The translations under genes were made by a program, and so were the position numbers. Shown one piece after another: positions 20,001 to 32,599 of a stretch of DNA of 64,000 bases. Source of the DNA: Candidatus Woesearchaeota archaeon. GTDB lineage: Archaea > Nanobdellota > Nanobdellia > SCGC-AAA011-G17 > GW2011-AR20. Within the stretch, counting starts at the first letter, position 1; every line of letters starts with the position of its first letter. Location of the stretch: assembly GCA_964419925.1 (NCBI GenBank), contig CAYQPR010000001.1, positions 34,865-98,864 on the forward strand. Direction: 5' to 3'. The notes under the pieces were generated by a model, which saw nothing but the letters and a program-made list of their open reading frames with translations, did not search any database and was not told the origin of the DNA.

Positions 20001-20925
20001 TATGAGTGACTTAGATGAAGATGGTTATCCTGAAATTGTTGTACCTCTTGATAAAATTTATATCTTGAACAAAAATGGTACTGTTAGAAGTATTCTAAAT
20101 GATACTAATTCAAGATTGGCATACTCTTTTAATATTGGTTCTGGTGTTTCAGATATAGATGGTAACGGAGATAAGGAAATTGTTATTAATACTGGAGAAG
20201 GATCAAATCTTCGTAGTATTACAATATACAAAGATACCGGTGAGATAATCTCGAGTTGGCCAAAACAATTAAATGGATTTGCCAAATCCAGCCCATTAAT
20301 ATCAGATATCGATAAAGACAAAAAAATAGAAATTATTGTAGCGACAGAATTAGGATCATTATACTTTTTTGAACAAGACACCTCAATTAATGAGTATCAA
20401 TTTGATTGGCAAATGTTCCGACATGATGTTCAACATACAGGACAATTTGATAATAAGGATAAAAACATTAAAATTATTAATCTAGTTAAACCGGGTTCTT
20501 TAAAGGTTGATCAAACAGGAACATTCATATGGTCCTCCATCGCTCAAAGTTTTAAAAATAATACCATTTTGTGGGACATTAAATGGACGGGCCCAATTGG
20601 AATTGGTTCTGGTCTTAAAGGAACATGTCAAGATAGATTTTGTTTTAATTATTCAGCCATTCAAAAATGGACAAAACCAGGAAAATATACGATTACGGCA
20701 AAAGTTTCAAATGGTTTAAACTCGGATACAAATATTGCTGAAATTAATGTTGGAATGTGTTCGGATGGTATGCTCTATGGTTCATGTTCTAAAACAAAAC
20801 CAAATTATTGTAATAGCAATGGAAAAATAATTAATAATTGCCAAAGATGTGGCTGTCCTCGTAATTTATTGTGTCAAAAGAATGGAAGCTGTAAAATCGG
20901 AAATGATTTACCAAAAACTAATTAA
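17026..20925 (+). CDS. large exported zincin (HEYGH gluzincin-like) plus FG-GAP/beta-propeller repeat surface protein with a Cys-rich C-terminus
   Basis: N-terminal signal/anchor, HEYGH...EGLADYF metalloprotease motif, at least 7 repeats of the form D(L/V)D(G/E)DG..EIVV (integrin-alpha/FG-GAP-like), and a C-terminal Cys-rich tail. Confidence 0.6.
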   Translation: MKKGVYVIVLLLVLFSAYFLINVFSEEVVGGKVKTNNQDSQPQQNMINYIQKSLTNINYNKIITTSNAEQELRNYMGTLNINDEHFKLDKITQFKNKLFVYFDQYYKNIPVYNSKNVFYVNNEKLSFTKTNYYGKINLDVNPNLKENQIDDLIKNKNFLNQFENKYYDIIGNERRYDFSKINLDQIKIDKKELLIYPKNDEYYLSYRLVINHKDFDLTYFIDANTGGILDIKDNRIYYDVSGTVIGKEWEDPFTGGTQLEKPFQHNYIGIGENQIETDENGYYYISDLNGLTNLESYLSGPWVTVYNSQLEESKHLSSFSDNSQHDWNWDLDDNSYLDEESNVFYHINRIHDYAVSIGTVELSHLPATVNHDNHCNAFYSRYNSYGVNFFEKGDIQVEDFFFPENNYNLTCENTALINDVVLHEYGHYIIDELDPLLYDLSSDSRLDAGRMHEGLADYFACDLNNNTNLAEGFYVNVTRPVIDISLPLRTCNSGNRYPKDYGKEIHFGGKIISSSVFSIREKIGKEQLDPILINALRLQPTNFIELLDSLIIADDDNNNILDGTPHIVDICTSFYDHGILSDYCIGFTSKPIAHIDEIIQSVNEDPKIISGKINIKGTVYPSYQSTLERYIISIGNYSVTFQNPNGIKKDILSYSFDTFHVDDGTYNLSLIAIDSNGFIESDNFKIYIDNKWPINLTVRPDYGFSTGSPVAFNLDNDAEDEILISVVKTNNPGEKLSYYLYAFKSNGNRLEGWPKRYSNFEINPQTAGTSISNIPDPSIGDLENDGNNEIVISIGNLLAVLNLSGDVKWSKSLDGYSYASPVLADLFNDGKLEIIITQNFFDTRTVPPLLNSSLIVYDSEGTIKWQKKFENYFIGDSYSTMGDVDGDGHKEIVVVMYNINEFKSKIYIYNKNGVLLEGWPKLIEGISKASSPILADINHENKLSIFFGASRKSHLQNSYQYTIYGFSYNGISLNNWPINLSRPSFYNRHIFSMSDLDEDGYPEIVVPLDKIYILNKNGTVRSILNDTNSRLAYSFNIGSGVSDIDGNGDKEIVINTGEGSNLRSITIYKDTGEIISSWPKQLNGFAKSSPLISDIDKDKKIEIIVATELGSLYFFEQDTSINEYQFDWQMFRHDVQHTGQFDNKDKNIKIINLVKPGSLKVDQTGTFIWSSIAQSFKNNTILWDIKWTGPIGIGSGLKGTCQDRFCFNYSAIQKWTKPGKYTITAKVSNGLNSDTNIAEINVGMCSDGMLYGSCSKTKPNYCNSNGKIINNCQRCGCPRNLLCQKNGSCKIGNDLPKTN

Positions 20926-21024
20926 TTTACTTTAGATTTTTTTATTTTTTTAGAAGAATAGAATAACTTCAACTTATTTTAAAACTATAAAAATCTTTAT
21001 AAACAAGCTTAATTTAATATTTCT

Positions 21025-21735
21025 ATGAAAGAAACTAATTTAACAATAATTTTAGTTGCACTTTTACTTGTTGGTGGATTTTTGTATTATACTAATATGA
21101 ATAGCGAAAAAACTACAATAAGCGTTACAGGGCAATCTACAATTAATGCCGTTGCAGATGAAGTTAGTATTTATATTGGAATCGAAACTTTGAAAGATAC
21201 AACTGAAGAATCTAAAGATGCAAATAGCATAATAAGTGATAAAGTTTTACGGTCGTTGTACTTTTTTCTAGATAAAGAAAATGTTGAAACGTCAAGCTAT
21301 AATATTTATCCAGAATATGACTACACAAATAATGGACAAAAAATTAAAGGCTATAAAACCTCAAATATTTTAAAAATTAAGGTTAAAGATTTTAAAAAAA
21401 TTGGAAGAATTGTTGATTCAAGCATAAGTTCTGGAGCAACGAGTATTCAAAGTATTAATTTTGAATTATCTGATGAAAAACAAAATGAAATAAAAAAAGA
21501 AGCAATTGCTAAAGCTTCTGAAGACGCAAGAGTAAAAGGTGAATCTGCTGCTCAAGGGTTAAATGCTAAACTTGGAAAGATAAAAAATGTTGTTTTAAAT
21601 GATTATAATTACTATCCATTACCTTATTATAGAATGGATGGTGATATTGCTTTAGAAAAAGCTGTGAATACGGAAATAATTCCAACTAAATTAGATGTTA
21701 ACGCTAACGTAAATGTTGTTTTTGAAATAAAATAA
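21025..21735 (+). CDS. SIMPL/DUF541 (BP26-like) exported protein
   Basis: N-terminal TM, then TISVTGQSTINAVADEVSIYIGIET...IKGYK architecture of the SIMPL family. Confidence 0.55.
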   Translation: MKETNLTIILVALLLVGGFLYYTNMNSEKTTISVTGQSTINAVADEVSIYIGIETLKDTTEESKDANSIISDKVLRSLYFFLDKENVETSSYNIYPEYDYTNNGQKIKGYKTSNILKIKVKDFKKIGRIVDSSISSGATSIQSINFELSDEKQNEIKKEAIAKASEDARVKGESAAQGLNAKLGKIKNVVLNDYNYYPLPYYRMDGDIALEKAVNTEIIPTKLDVNANVNVVFEIK

Positions 21736-21737
21736 AT

Positions 21738-24146
21738 TTATTCTTTACTTATTTTAGCTAATGAGCTTACTTTATCGTTTTCTAATCTAATAACTCTTAC
21801 ACCAGAAGTAACTCTTCCAACAATGGAAATTTGATTTACAGGAACTCTAATTGTAATTCCCTTTTCTGTGATTAACATTATTTCTTCATCATCATAAACT
21901 GCTTTTATTGAAACAACATCCAAGTTTCTAGAATCTTCTTTTAAATATTTAGTAATTATGTTAGTAACCCCTTTTCCGCCACGTTTTATTAATCTATATT
22001 CATCAATTTTAGTTCTTTTTCCATATCCGTTGCTCGTTATCGTCAATAATGTTGAATTTTCATTGACTTTTTCCATTCCAATGACTTCATCATTTTCATT
22101 TAGTCTAATTCCTCTTACACCAATTGAATTTCTTCCAACAGAGGTTATATCTTTTTCATTAAATCTTGCTGCTAATCCAAACTTTGTTGCGATTATTACT
22201 TCATCATTTCCAGAACTTAAGATAACATTAACTAATTCATCTTTATCAAGTAATTTTATAGCCATTAATCCTGAGCTTCTTGAACTTTCATATTCCTTTA
22301 ATTTTGTTTTTTTAATAATTCCCTTTTTAGTCATGAATATTAGATAACTTTCATCAAATTTAGTTATTGGAAGAATTGCATTTACTTTTTCATTTTCTTC
22401 TAATTTTAATAAATTGATCATTGCTTTTCCTTTTGAATATCTTCCTTCTAACGGAAGTTGATATGTTTTTAACTGGAAGCATTTACCTTTGTTTGTAAAG
22501 AAGAATAAATTGTTTAGATTGCTTGTTACAAATAAATCTCTTACTAGATCTTGTTCTTTTGTTTCTGTTCCAATGAATCCTTTTCCGCCACGTTTTTGTT
22601 GTCTATATTCTACTAACGGTGTTTGTTTTATATAACCTGAATATGTTAAAGTTACAACAACATCATTTTCTTGTATCATACTCTCTTCAACGAATTCATC
22701 ATGATTCTCTTCAACTAATGTTTTTCTTTCATCGCCATATTTATTTTTAATTTCAATTAATTCATTTTTCATTATATCATAAACTTTATTCTCATTTGAT
22801 AATATTTCAATTAACTCCTTAATTAAACTTAATAATCCATTATATTCTTCTTGTAATTTATTTTGTTCTAAAGAGGTTAATCTTTGCAATTTCATATCTA
22901 AAATAGCGAGAGATTGTTCGTTGCTTAATGCGTAATTGTTGATTAAATTATTTTTAGCTTCGTCATTATTTTTTGATTTCTTAATTAATGTAATAACATT
23001 ATCAATATCACTTAAAGCGATTCTTAATCCCTCTAAAATATGAGCACGTTTTTGAGATTTATTTAAATCAAATTTAGCTCTTCTTGTTATAACATTAAAT
23101 CGATGTTTAACAAAAGAGATAATTAATTCTTTTAAGTTCATCACCTTTGGCTTGTTTTCATCTAATGCAAGCATTATAATTCCAAAAGTAGTTTGTAGTT
23201 GTGTATGTGAATATAATTTATTTAGGATAACTTCAGAATTAACATCTTTTTTTAATTCTATTACTAATCTCATTCCTTTTCGATCACTTTCATCTCTGAT
23301 ATCACTTATTCCCTCAATAATTTTATTTTTAACTAAATCGGCTATGTTTTCAATCAATACCGTTTTATTTACTTGATAAGGAATTTCTTCTATTATTATT
23401 TTTCTTGGTTCTGTTTTAGCTTTTCCTCTAACAATAATTTTTCCCCTTCCTGTTTTATATGCTTCAATTATTCCTTGTCTCCCAGAGATTATTCCTCCAG
23501 TTGGAAAATCAGGGCCTTTAATTAAATTTAACATTTCACTTATTGAAACTTCTTTATTTTCTATAACTAAGTTTACAACATCAATGATCTCTGAAATATT
23601 ATGGGGTGGAATATTTGTTGCCATCCCAACTGCAATACCTGAACTTCCATTAATTAATAAATTTGGAATTTTACTTGGAAGAACTAAAGGTTCTTTTAAT
23701 GAGTTATCGTAATTGGGTGTAAAATCAACCGTCTCTTTTTCTATATCTTCTAATATTTCTTCAGATAATTTACTTAATTTTGCTTCTGTGTATCTTGAGG
23801 CTGCTGCAGAATCTCCATCAACGCTTCCAAAATTTCCTTGACCAACTACTAGCGGATATCTCAATGAAAAATCTTGTGCCATTCTAACTAAAGAATCATA
23901 AACTGCGATGTCTCCGTGAGGATGATATTTTCCAAGCACCTCTCCTACGATTCTTGCGGATTTTTTTGTTTGTTTATTACTTTGCAAGCCAAGTTCATTC
24001 ATTGCAAATAAAATTCTTCTGTGAACCGGTTTTAATCCATCTCTTGCGTCAGGTAATGCTCTTGCGGTTATAACAGACATAGCATATTCTATGTAACTTG
24101 ATTTCATCTCTTCTTCAATTAATTTAGTTTGTATTTGCTGTGGCAT
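21738..24146 (-). CDS. gyrA: DNA gyrase subunit A
   Basis: [20 protein letters not shown]-terminus, active-site [12 protein letters not shown]-terminal beta-pinwheel repeats. 802 aa. Confidence 0.92.
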   Translation of the reverse strand: MPQQIQTKLIEEEMKSSYIEYAMSVITARALPDARDGLKPVHRRILFAMNELGLQSNKQTKKSARIVGEVLGKYHPHGDIAVYDSLVRMAQDFSLRYPLVVGQGNFGSVDGDSAAASRYTEAKLSKLSEEILEDIEKETVDFTPNYDNSLKEPLVLPSKIPNLLINGSSGIAVGMATNIPPHNISEIIDVVNLVIENKEVSISEMLNLIKGPDFPTGGIISGRQGIIEAYKTGRGKIIVRGKAKTEPRKIIIEEIPYQVNKTVLIENIADLVKNKIIEGISDIRDESDRKGMRLVIELKKDVNSEVILNKLYSHTQLQTTFGIIMLALDENKPKVMNLKELIISFVKHRFNVITRRAKFDLNKSQKRAHILEGLRIALSDIDNVITLIKKSKNNDEAKNNLINNYALSNEQSLAILDMKLQRLTSLEQNKLQEEYNGLLSLIKELIEILSNENKVYDIMKNELIEIKNKYGDERKTLVEENHDEFVEESMIQENDVVVTLTYSGYIKQTPLVEYRQQKRGGKGFIGTETKEQDLVRDLFVTSNLNNLFFFTNKGKCFQLKTYQLPLEGRYSKGKAMINLLKLEENEKVNAILPITKFDESYLIFMTKKGIIKKTKLKEYESSRSSGLMAIKLLDKDELVNVILSSGNDEVIIATKFGLAARFNEKDITSVGRNSIGVRGIRLNENDEVIGMEKVNENSTLLTITSNGYGKRTKIDEYRLIKRGGKGVTNIITKYLKEDSRNLDVVSIKAVYDDEEIMLITEKGITIRVPVNQISIVGRVTSGVRVIRLENDKVSSLAKISKE

Positions 24147-24147
24147 T

Positions 24148-24582
24148 TTATAATTCGTTTTGAATGTCTTCTTTGATTTTTAATAATAATTTTTCGCTGA
24201 ATTCTTTCTTTGGTGTTGGAAAAGGAACTTTTCCCCAATTTTCATCTTTAAATTCTTCTCCATGGATAACTCTTGTTTCTGAATATCTCGGAACTAATTG
24301 CATATAGAAATGATATCTATTTTCATTTTGTAATACAATATAATGAATTAAATCCGGTTTGTATAAATTTTGTAGTGTTTTTGTTAGTTTATCACTTATT
24401 TTTTTTAATTCAATCCACTCTTCTTCACTTAGCTCATTTGTTGTTTCTGGGCCATGTCTTCCTAGGATGATTTGAATTCTTCCAGGATAATATTGATTTT
24501 CATGTAAAAATATTTTCCAATTATCAAAATTTTTAATTAATAATTTTTCACTTTCTTTATCACAAAATTTGCAGTTTTCCAT
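24148..24582 (-). CDS. HIT-superfamily-like protein (degenerate histidine triad)
   Basis: CKFC N-terminus and an [13 protein letters not shown] segment aligning with the HIT HxHxHxx region, but with the histidines partly replaced. Confidence 0.4.
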   Translation of the reverse strand: MENCKFCDKESEKLLIKNFDNWKIFLHENQYYPGRIQIILGRHGPETTNELSEEEWIELKKISDKLTKTLQNLYKPDLIHYIVLQNENRYHFYMQLVPRYSETRVIHGEEFKDENWGKVPFPTPKKEFSEKLLLKIKEDIQNEL

Positions 24583-24583
24583 T

Positions 24584-26942
<2,359 letters not shown>

Positions 26943-27080
26943 TTAAATTGGTTTAGTATATAAATGTTTTTACGTTAAAAGTGTAAAATTTTAATATTTT
27001 GAAGCTTATAACGATGAAATAAGAAAATTTAATAGAAATGTTTATAAAGAAAAATGTTCTTTTTCAAAATTTCATTTAAA

Positions 27081-27479
27081 TTATTTTAAAATACTTAGCC
27101 CTTCAATTCTTTCAAAATGTTTAATATTATTCGTTTTAATTGAATAATTATTTACCAAAGCAATTACCCCGATGAACAAATCTCTAAATTCTATGATTTT
27201 GCCTTCATTTTCTAATTTTACTAATATTTCACCAGCTTTTTTTGCAGATTCATGAGAGAAATCTAGTGTTTCAATTCGATTTAGAAGGAGAATTACGGCC
27301 CTTATGTTTTCAAGATTTTTGTTTGATTTGTAAACACCATAGTAAAGCTCAAAGACGTTTATGTATGTTGTTGCTAAATCTTTGCTTAATTCATTTTTTT
27401 TGATGAATTCTACTGCATCTTTTTTACCTCTAAGAAAATCAATTAAAAAGTCGGTGTCTAAACAGATTTTATCTTCCAT
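27081..27479 (-). CDS. vapC: PIN-domain protein (VapC-like toxin)
   Basis: LDTDFLIDFL N-terminal acidic motif, ~130 aa. Confidence 0.6.
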   Translation of the reverse strand: MEDKICLDTDFLIDFLRGKKDAVEFIKKNELSKDLATTYINVFELYYGVYKSNKNLENIRAVILLLNRIETLDFSHESAKKAGEILVKLENEGKIIEFRDLFIGVIALVNNYSIKTNNIKHFERIEGLSILK

Positions 27480-27694
27480 TTATTCCAACCCCTCTTCAGA
27501 CCATTCATGAGATTACTAACTTCTTCATCATTCATTTTTAATGATCCGGCCAAATCACTTATTTTTCTTTTTTTATATAAAAAATTTATGGTATCATTTA
27601 TTGAAATTGGCTTGTGCATTTTACTTCTTAGTACTCCTGATAGAGACGATAGTTTTTTATAATTCTCTTCACTTATTTTGATTGATACTGCCAT
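27458..27694 (-). CDS. putative VapB-like antitoxin
   Basis: 78-aa ORF immediately upstream of the PIN gene, overlapping it. Confidence 0.4.
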   Translation of the reverse strand: MAVSIKISEENYKKLSSLSGVLRSKMHKPISINDTINFLYKKRKISDLAGSLKMNDEEVSNLMNGLKRGWNKWKIKSV

Positions 27695-27821
27695 TTTCTT
27701 ATTTGTAATTCGGTGGTATAAGTGGTATTTAAATCTTTTGAGGGTAATGCAATTATTGTAACATCACAATAGAACATAAAACCTATAGAATTTCTTATTA
27801 AATTAATTATCTAACTAATAT

Positions 27822-28433
27822 TTAAGGTAAAATACCATCACCTATTTTAGGTGTTTTTAATGAATCTAATTCTGCTTTATAATAATCTTTTTGACTAAAA
27901 CCATATAAAGAAGCTAAGATATTTCCAGGGAATCTTTTTATTGCAATATTATATTTTTGTGTACTTTCAATGTATCTTGTTCTTGCAGTTGTTATCCTAT
28001 TCTGAGTTCCTGCTAATTCATCCGTCAAAGTAGAATATTGTTTGTTTGCTTGTAATACCGGATAATTTTCAGCTGTTGCAACAGCATTTACTAAAGCAGT
28101 TATTGAGTTGGTCATTTGTGCACCGGCTTGGTCTTTTTCAATTAATGGAGAATTTGAACCTTTTGAAGTCTGCCATCTTGATCTTGATTCGGTTACGTCA
28201 GTTACAAATTTAGTTTCTACTTTAACTGCACTTGCAACTGTTGAAACAATATTTGGAATTAAATCGGCTTGTCTTTGATATTGGTTTTCTACTTCAGACC
28301 ATTTTGAAATTACATCTTGATCTAAAGTTATAAATGTATTATATTTTCCAGTTAAAAATAAGATTAAAATAATTATGATTCCTAAAATGATTAATAATGT
28401 TTTATACTTTGAGAAAAAATTTTCTTTTACCAT
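27822..28433 (-). CDS. LemA family membrane protein
   Basis: N-terminal TM plus NQYQRQADLIPNIV and the conserved LemA core. Confidence 0.75.
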   Translation of the reverse strand: MVKENFFSKYKTLLIILGIIIILILFLTGKYNTFITLDQDVISKWSEVENQYQRQADLIPNIVSTVASAVKVETKFVTDVTESRSRWQTSKGSNSPLIEKDQAGAQMTNSITALVNAVATAENYPVLQANKQYSTLTDELAGTQNRITTARTRYIESTQKYNIAIKRFPGNILASLYGFSQKDYYKAELDSLKTPKIGDGILP

Positions 28434-28463
28434 ATTTCTTTGATAATTTTTGTGTTTAAAAAG

Positions 28464-29291
28464 TTATCTACCTACACCGCCACCACCCGACATTCCACCA
28501 CCAAATCCTCCGAAACCACCTCCAAAACTTCCTCCAGAAAATCCTCCGCCAGAATATCTTCCACCTAAATGTGAATTTGAAAATGTTTTTAGAATTTTTT
28601 CTTCATGACCTTTTGCGCATTTGTAAATATAATAACCTCCGATTAAACCAGCGTAAGTCATAACCATATTATGTTTTTTACATTTCTTTTTTCCGGTGTT
28701 TACTATCTTATAAATTGACATAAAGAATAATACAAAGAATATTAATGGTAAAAGATTAATAATAATCCCTAAGATTTTAAAGTTTAAAGGAATTTTTTTA
28801 TCACTCAAAACTTCATTTTTATTTTCAGTAATTATTTTAGAAACTTCTTTTGTAAATAAAATTATTCCTTTATTAACCTCTTTTTTATCTCGATAAGGAA
28901 CATAATTTTCATCTAATAATCTTCCTAATTTTGAATCTGGAAGAATTCCTTCTAAACCATAACCAGTTTCAACTTCAATTCTATTCTCTTTTAGAGAATA
29001 TAATATTAACAATCCATTATCTTTGTCCTCTTTTCCTATTTTCCATTCGTTAAATAACTTTGTCCTATATTCTTGAGGTGTATAAGGTTCACTTGTAGAA
29101 ACTGTTACTATAGTAACTTCTGCGGTTGTATTTTTTTCTAATTCAATTAAAGTTGTTTTTAATTCATTTATCTCATTATCATTAAAAATTTTAGCAAAAT
29201 CATTTACATTTTTATCATAAGGTTGAGGAAATTCTTGAGCGTAGACACTTGTTATTAAAAGTAAAAATAGTAAGATTAACATTTTTTTCAT
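28464..29291 (-). CDS. TPM-domain (TLP18.3/YgcG-like) protein with a C-terminal TM and Gly-rich tail
   Basis: Signal peptide, TPM core (AEVTIVTV..WKIGKEDKDNGLLIL..RIEVETGYGLEGILPD), TM, then GGGFSGGSFGGGFGG tail. Classic LemA-TPM gene pair. Confidence 0.65.
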   Translation of the reverse strand: MKKMLILLFLLLITSVYAQEFPQPYDKNVNDFAKIFNDNEINELKTTLIELEKNTTAEVTIVTVSTSEPYTPQEYRTKLFNEWKIGKEDKDNGLLILYSLKENRIEVETGYGLEGILPDSKLGRLLDENYVPYRDKKEVNKGIILFTKEVSKIITENKNEVLSDKKIPLNFKILGIIINLLPLIFFVLFFMSIYKIVNTGKKKCKKHNMVMTYAGLIGGYYIYKCAKGHEEKILKTFSNSHLGGRYSGGGFSGGSFGGGFGGFGGGMSGGGGVGR

Positions 29292-29377
29292 AGTTTTATT
29301 AAACTTAATTAAGATTTAAACTTAACCTTTTGCAAAGATTTATATAACTTATTTATATATTCTTTTTAGGTGTTAAA

Positions 29378-29863
29378 ATGCTTTATGAACTCTTATTGGC
29401 AAATTTACTTTATGGAAGTCCAAATATTGATAGTCTTTATTATCGTAAGGCATTTGATTCTTTAACTAAGAAAATAGAAATAATTGATTTTTTTTACTGT
29501 AATGATGATACTGTAAATGTTGATTCTTTGTCTGAAGAAGAAGATAGTAGATTTGCTAGACGAGGGATAATCCTTTGTGGTACTAGTAATCTAGGGTTTT
29601 GGGATCAAGCTGTTGTTGACGAAGGTAAACCAACTGAGCGAACAGTATATGAGATTGAAGTTGATGGGTCGGGGGTTTATGGAACACTTAAATCACTAAA
29701 TTATTCTTTAGAAAGAGATGGATTTAAGACCGCAACCTTAGAGAAACTTATTGAACATAATAAAAACGTATTACCCAAAGATTTAAAGAAAATTCCAAAG
29801 GGAACAAAGATACACTGGTCTGGACAACCATTAATCAGGTTTGATAATATCATTGACCCATAA
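29378..29863 (+). CDS. hypothetical protein
   Basis: 161-aa ORF, no motif recognised. Confidence 0.3.
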   Translation: MLYELLLANLLYGSPNIDSLYYRKAFDSLTKKIEIIDFFYCNDDTVNVDSLSEEEDSRFARRGIILCGTSNLGFWDQAVVDEGKPTERTVYEIEVDGSGVYGTLKSLNYSLERDGFKTATLEKLIEHNKNVLPKDLKKIPKGTKIHWSGQPLIRFDNIIDP

Positions 29864-29894
29864 ACTATTTAAATAACTAATTTTATTTTAATTT

Positions 29895-30419
29895 ATGAAA
29901 AATTTAATTAAAGTTATTCTTTTAGCTTTAATTTTAATTATTTCAGGATGTAGCATGAAAGAAAATACAAAAGTTTTAATTGAAACAAATCAAGGAAATA
30001 TAACATTAGAGCTTTATTCTAAAGACATGCCTATTACTGCTGGAAATTTTGAGAAATTGGTTAAAAAAGAATATTACGATGGAATCATTTTTCACAGGAT
30101 TATTGATGGTTTTATGATTCAAGGTGGAGATCCAACTGGAACTGGGATGGGTGGTCCTGGTTATGAAATAAAAGATGAGTTTACAAAAAATAATAAAAAT
30201 GATAGGGGGACTATATCAATGGCAAATTCAGGTCCTAATACTGGTGGAAGTCAGTTTTTTATTAATTTAGTAAATAATAATTTTTTAGATACTAAACACC
30301 CTGCTTTTGGAAAAGTTGTAGAAGGAATGGATATTGTTGATAAAATAGGAAAAACTAAAACTGATCAAAATGATAGACCATTAAAAGAAATTAAAATAAT
30401 TAAAGCTAAAATATTATAA
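29895..30419 (+). CDS. cyclophilin-type peptidyl-prolyl cis-trans isomerase (lipoprotein-like N-terminus)
   Basis: FHRIIDGFMIQGGDP..GTGMGGPGY, the cyclophilin signature. N-terminal TM followed by Cys. Confidence 0.85.
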   Translation: MKNLIKVILLALILIISGCSMKENTKVLIETNQGNITLELYSKDMPITAGNFEKLVKKEYYDGIIFHRIIDGFMIQGGDPTGTGMGGPGYEIKDEFTKNNKNDRGTISMANSGPNTGGSQFFINLVNNNFLDTKHPAFGKVVEGMDIVDKIGKTKTDQNDRPLKEIKIIKAKIL

Positions 30420-30776
30420 ACTATCCATCCAATTTCTCGCATATTTCAAGTGCAAATCTGGATTAAAATTTTTAAGATTCGTTGATGGATATTCTATTAA
30501 AATGCTTTCTCCCGAAACATAAGTTAATAAATCCATTTGGTGATTACCTCTCTTTAAATAAGCTGTAATCATTGGAGAAGATCTTGGGTTACTCGCACCC
30601 CCATTAAGTAAGTTAATTCTAAATTCTAGAGTCTCATTCTCTTTTAAATTATTTGATAAACTTGCACAAGCTTCTGAGAACTCACTTATTTCTGGAAATA
30701 ATTTTCTAAAAAAATCTGTTTCAGAGAATAATTTACGGATATTATACTCAACATTTTCCTCGGACCCTCTATACAT
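30414..30776 (-). CDS. hypothetical protein
   Basis: 120-aa ORF. Confidence 0.3.
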   Translation of the reverse strand: MYRGSEENVEYNIRKLFSETDFFRKLFPEISEFSEACASLSNNLKENETLEFRINLLNGGASNPRSSPMITAYLKRGNHQMDLLTYVSGESILIEYPSTNLKNFNPDLHLKYARNWMDSL

Positions 30777-30820
30777 AATATAAAATATATAAAAAGCTAT
30801 TTAAATCTTTTGTTAAAATT

Positions 30821-31420
30821 TTACTCGTAACATTTATAACAATTTGATTTATACTCTTTTTCTCCACCAACTAAAACTTGTTTTTTTGATTCGGTTTTTC
30901 TTTTTGTATAAATTGCAGGGTTTCCACAATCTGTGCAAAATGCAGTTTTATGTATTGGATAATCAACATGCGCTAATAGGTTACACATTGTTTTTTCTGA
31001 ATTTTTAAAATTAAATGGATTACTTTTATAATCAAACACTAATCCTTCTAAAATTATTTTTCTTCCATTTTGTCTTTGTTCTAAACAAAAATCAATTATT
31101 CTATCATCTAGAAATTGAGTTTCAGAAATTCCGATTAAATTAACAAATTTTACTTGATCTTTTTCTTTTAAAATTTTTTCAATCTCTTTTACATCTCTAA
31201 CATTATAAGCTGGGTATTTTGATTCAAGATGGGAAGTAATAACATCGGTTCCATATCTCTTATCTCTTTTTGGCTTGAATGCTCTTACATTTAACTTTCC
31301 ATATTTTTCTGCATTATTTAATAATTGTACAAATTCTTCGGTTTTTCCAGAAAACATTGAGCCCCAGAATAATGCAATCCACCCATATGGTAATGTTAAT
31401 TCAGTTTTTAATGAATCCAT
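30821..31420 (-). CDS. tdk: thymidine kinase
   Basis: P-loop FWGSMFSGKTEE plus C-terminal zinc ribbon (CTDCG...CYKC). Confidence 0.8.
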   Translation of the reverse strand: MDSLKTELTLPYGWIALFWGSMFSGKTEEFVQLLNNAEKYGKLNVRAFKPKRDKRYGTDVITSHLESKYPAYNVRDVKEIEKILKEKDQVKFVNLIGISETQFLDDRIIDFCLEQRQNGRKIILEGLVFDYKSNPFNFKNSEKTMCNLLAHVDYPIHKTAFCTDCGNPAIYTKRKTESKKQVLVGGEKEYKSNCYKCYE

Positions 31421-31470
31421 ACTTTGTATTTATTAAAAAGTTTTAAATACTTTTCTTTATTTGTTTAATT

Positions 31471-31686
31471 ATGGTTAAGAAGACTAAATCAAAAAAGAAA
31501 GTTAATTTGAAAGCACCATCTAGATTAGAATTAGATGTTGGACCAAGGGTTGAGAAAATAAGTAAGAAGGTTTATCCTCAATTTTTTAAAGCTTGGTGGG
31601 CAATTTTTATATTGATATTAGTTTTAGGAATTTTAGGGTTTTTTGTAGTATTTTTTGTTTTTAATAAATTTTTAAGTTTATTTTAA
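31471..31686 (+). CDS. small tail-anchored membrane protein
   Basis: Basic N-terminus and a single C-terminal TM. Confidence 0.3.
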   Translation: MVKKTKSKKKVNLKAPSRLELDVGPRVEKISKKVYPQFFKAWWAIFILILVLGILGFFVVFFVFNKFLSLF

Positions 31687-31722
31687 TTAATTAACCAAAC
31701 CTTTTTAAGTTCTTTTATTATT

Positions 31723-32169
31723 ATGTCTCTTAAGATGAACTCAATTTTATTATGTGAATCAAATATGCAAAGAAATAAGTCAATGACTGAAATTTTAATG
31801 AAGAATTTTCCAGATTGTAATATTATTTCCACATCAATTTTTGGTAAAGCAATTGATGAAACAAAATTAAATTTTAATGAAATAAGTGTTATTCTAATAT
31901 CTGACGAGTTAAGCTATCGCGTGGTTCATGATGATAGAAAGGATGTTTATAGTTATAATTTTTTTATTAATGACTATAGCTTTTTTCCTAATCGTGCTTG
32001 GGAACTTGCTGAAAACCTTAGAATTATAAAAGGTTTTAATTCAAAGATAATTTATTGCGGGTCTAAAAAAATTATTCCTTCTATTAAAGAATATGTGTTT
32101 AATGAAATTTTTTATGACCCTCATTTAAATAATATGGAAGGAATAATAAAAAGTATAAAAAACCTTTAG
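31723..32169 (+). CDS. hypothetical protein
   Basis: 148-aa ORF. Confidence 0.3.
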   Translation: MSLKMNSILLCESNMQRNKSMTEILMKNFPDCNIISTSIFGKAIDETKLNFNEISVILISDELSYRVVHDDRKDVYSYNFFINDYSFFPNRAWELAENLRIIKGFNSKIIYCGSKKIIPSIKEYVFNEIFYDPHLNNMEGIIKSIKNL

Positions 32170-32170
32170 A

Positions 32171-32599
32171 TTAATTTTTTAATTTATACTTCTTTCTTAA
32201 ATCCATTAACAAATTTGGCAGAACTAACAAATCAATTAATTCTTCACTTCTCGAATAATCAATTTGCCCTAAATATCCGAGGTTCATTCCTTTTGGATTA
32301 ATCCATAAAGTTGTTCCTTTTTTGCTTAGTTGTTTTCCCTGTTCTAAAATTAAATTTAAACTTTCATATAAGATTTTTCCTAAACCATTTTGATCTAAAG
32401 AATTTGCTTTAATATAATAATCTAATTTATGTTTTACTCTTGGCTGATCTTGTATATTATATTCCAACAAATGAGAAACATCATAACCGGATTTGTTAAA
32501 TTTTGATTTCATCTCTTGTTTTATTTTTAAAATTAGTTCTTCTTGTTTTAGAGAGATTAATCTATTTGTTAAATCATTAAAAGAATTCATTTTAATCAC
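32171..32599 (-). CDS. hypothetical protein co-transcribed downstream of fusA
   Basis: Start overlaps the aEF-2 stop (ATGA-type overlap). Confidence 0.3.
   Translation of the reverse strand: MIKMNSFNDLTNRLISLKQEELILKIKQEMKSKFNKSGYDVSHLLEYNIQDQPRVKHKLDYYIKANSLDQNGLGKILYESLNLILEQGKQLSKKGTTLWINPKGMNLGYLGQIDYSRSEELIDLLVLPNLLMDLRKKYKLKN

Noticed and set aside
31471-31686. Considered calling this Sec61-beta/SecG.
   Set aside because: A tail-anchored topology fits, but the sequence does not resemble archaeal Sec61-beta (it lacks the conserved GLxRY-like region), so it is left as a generic small membrane protein.
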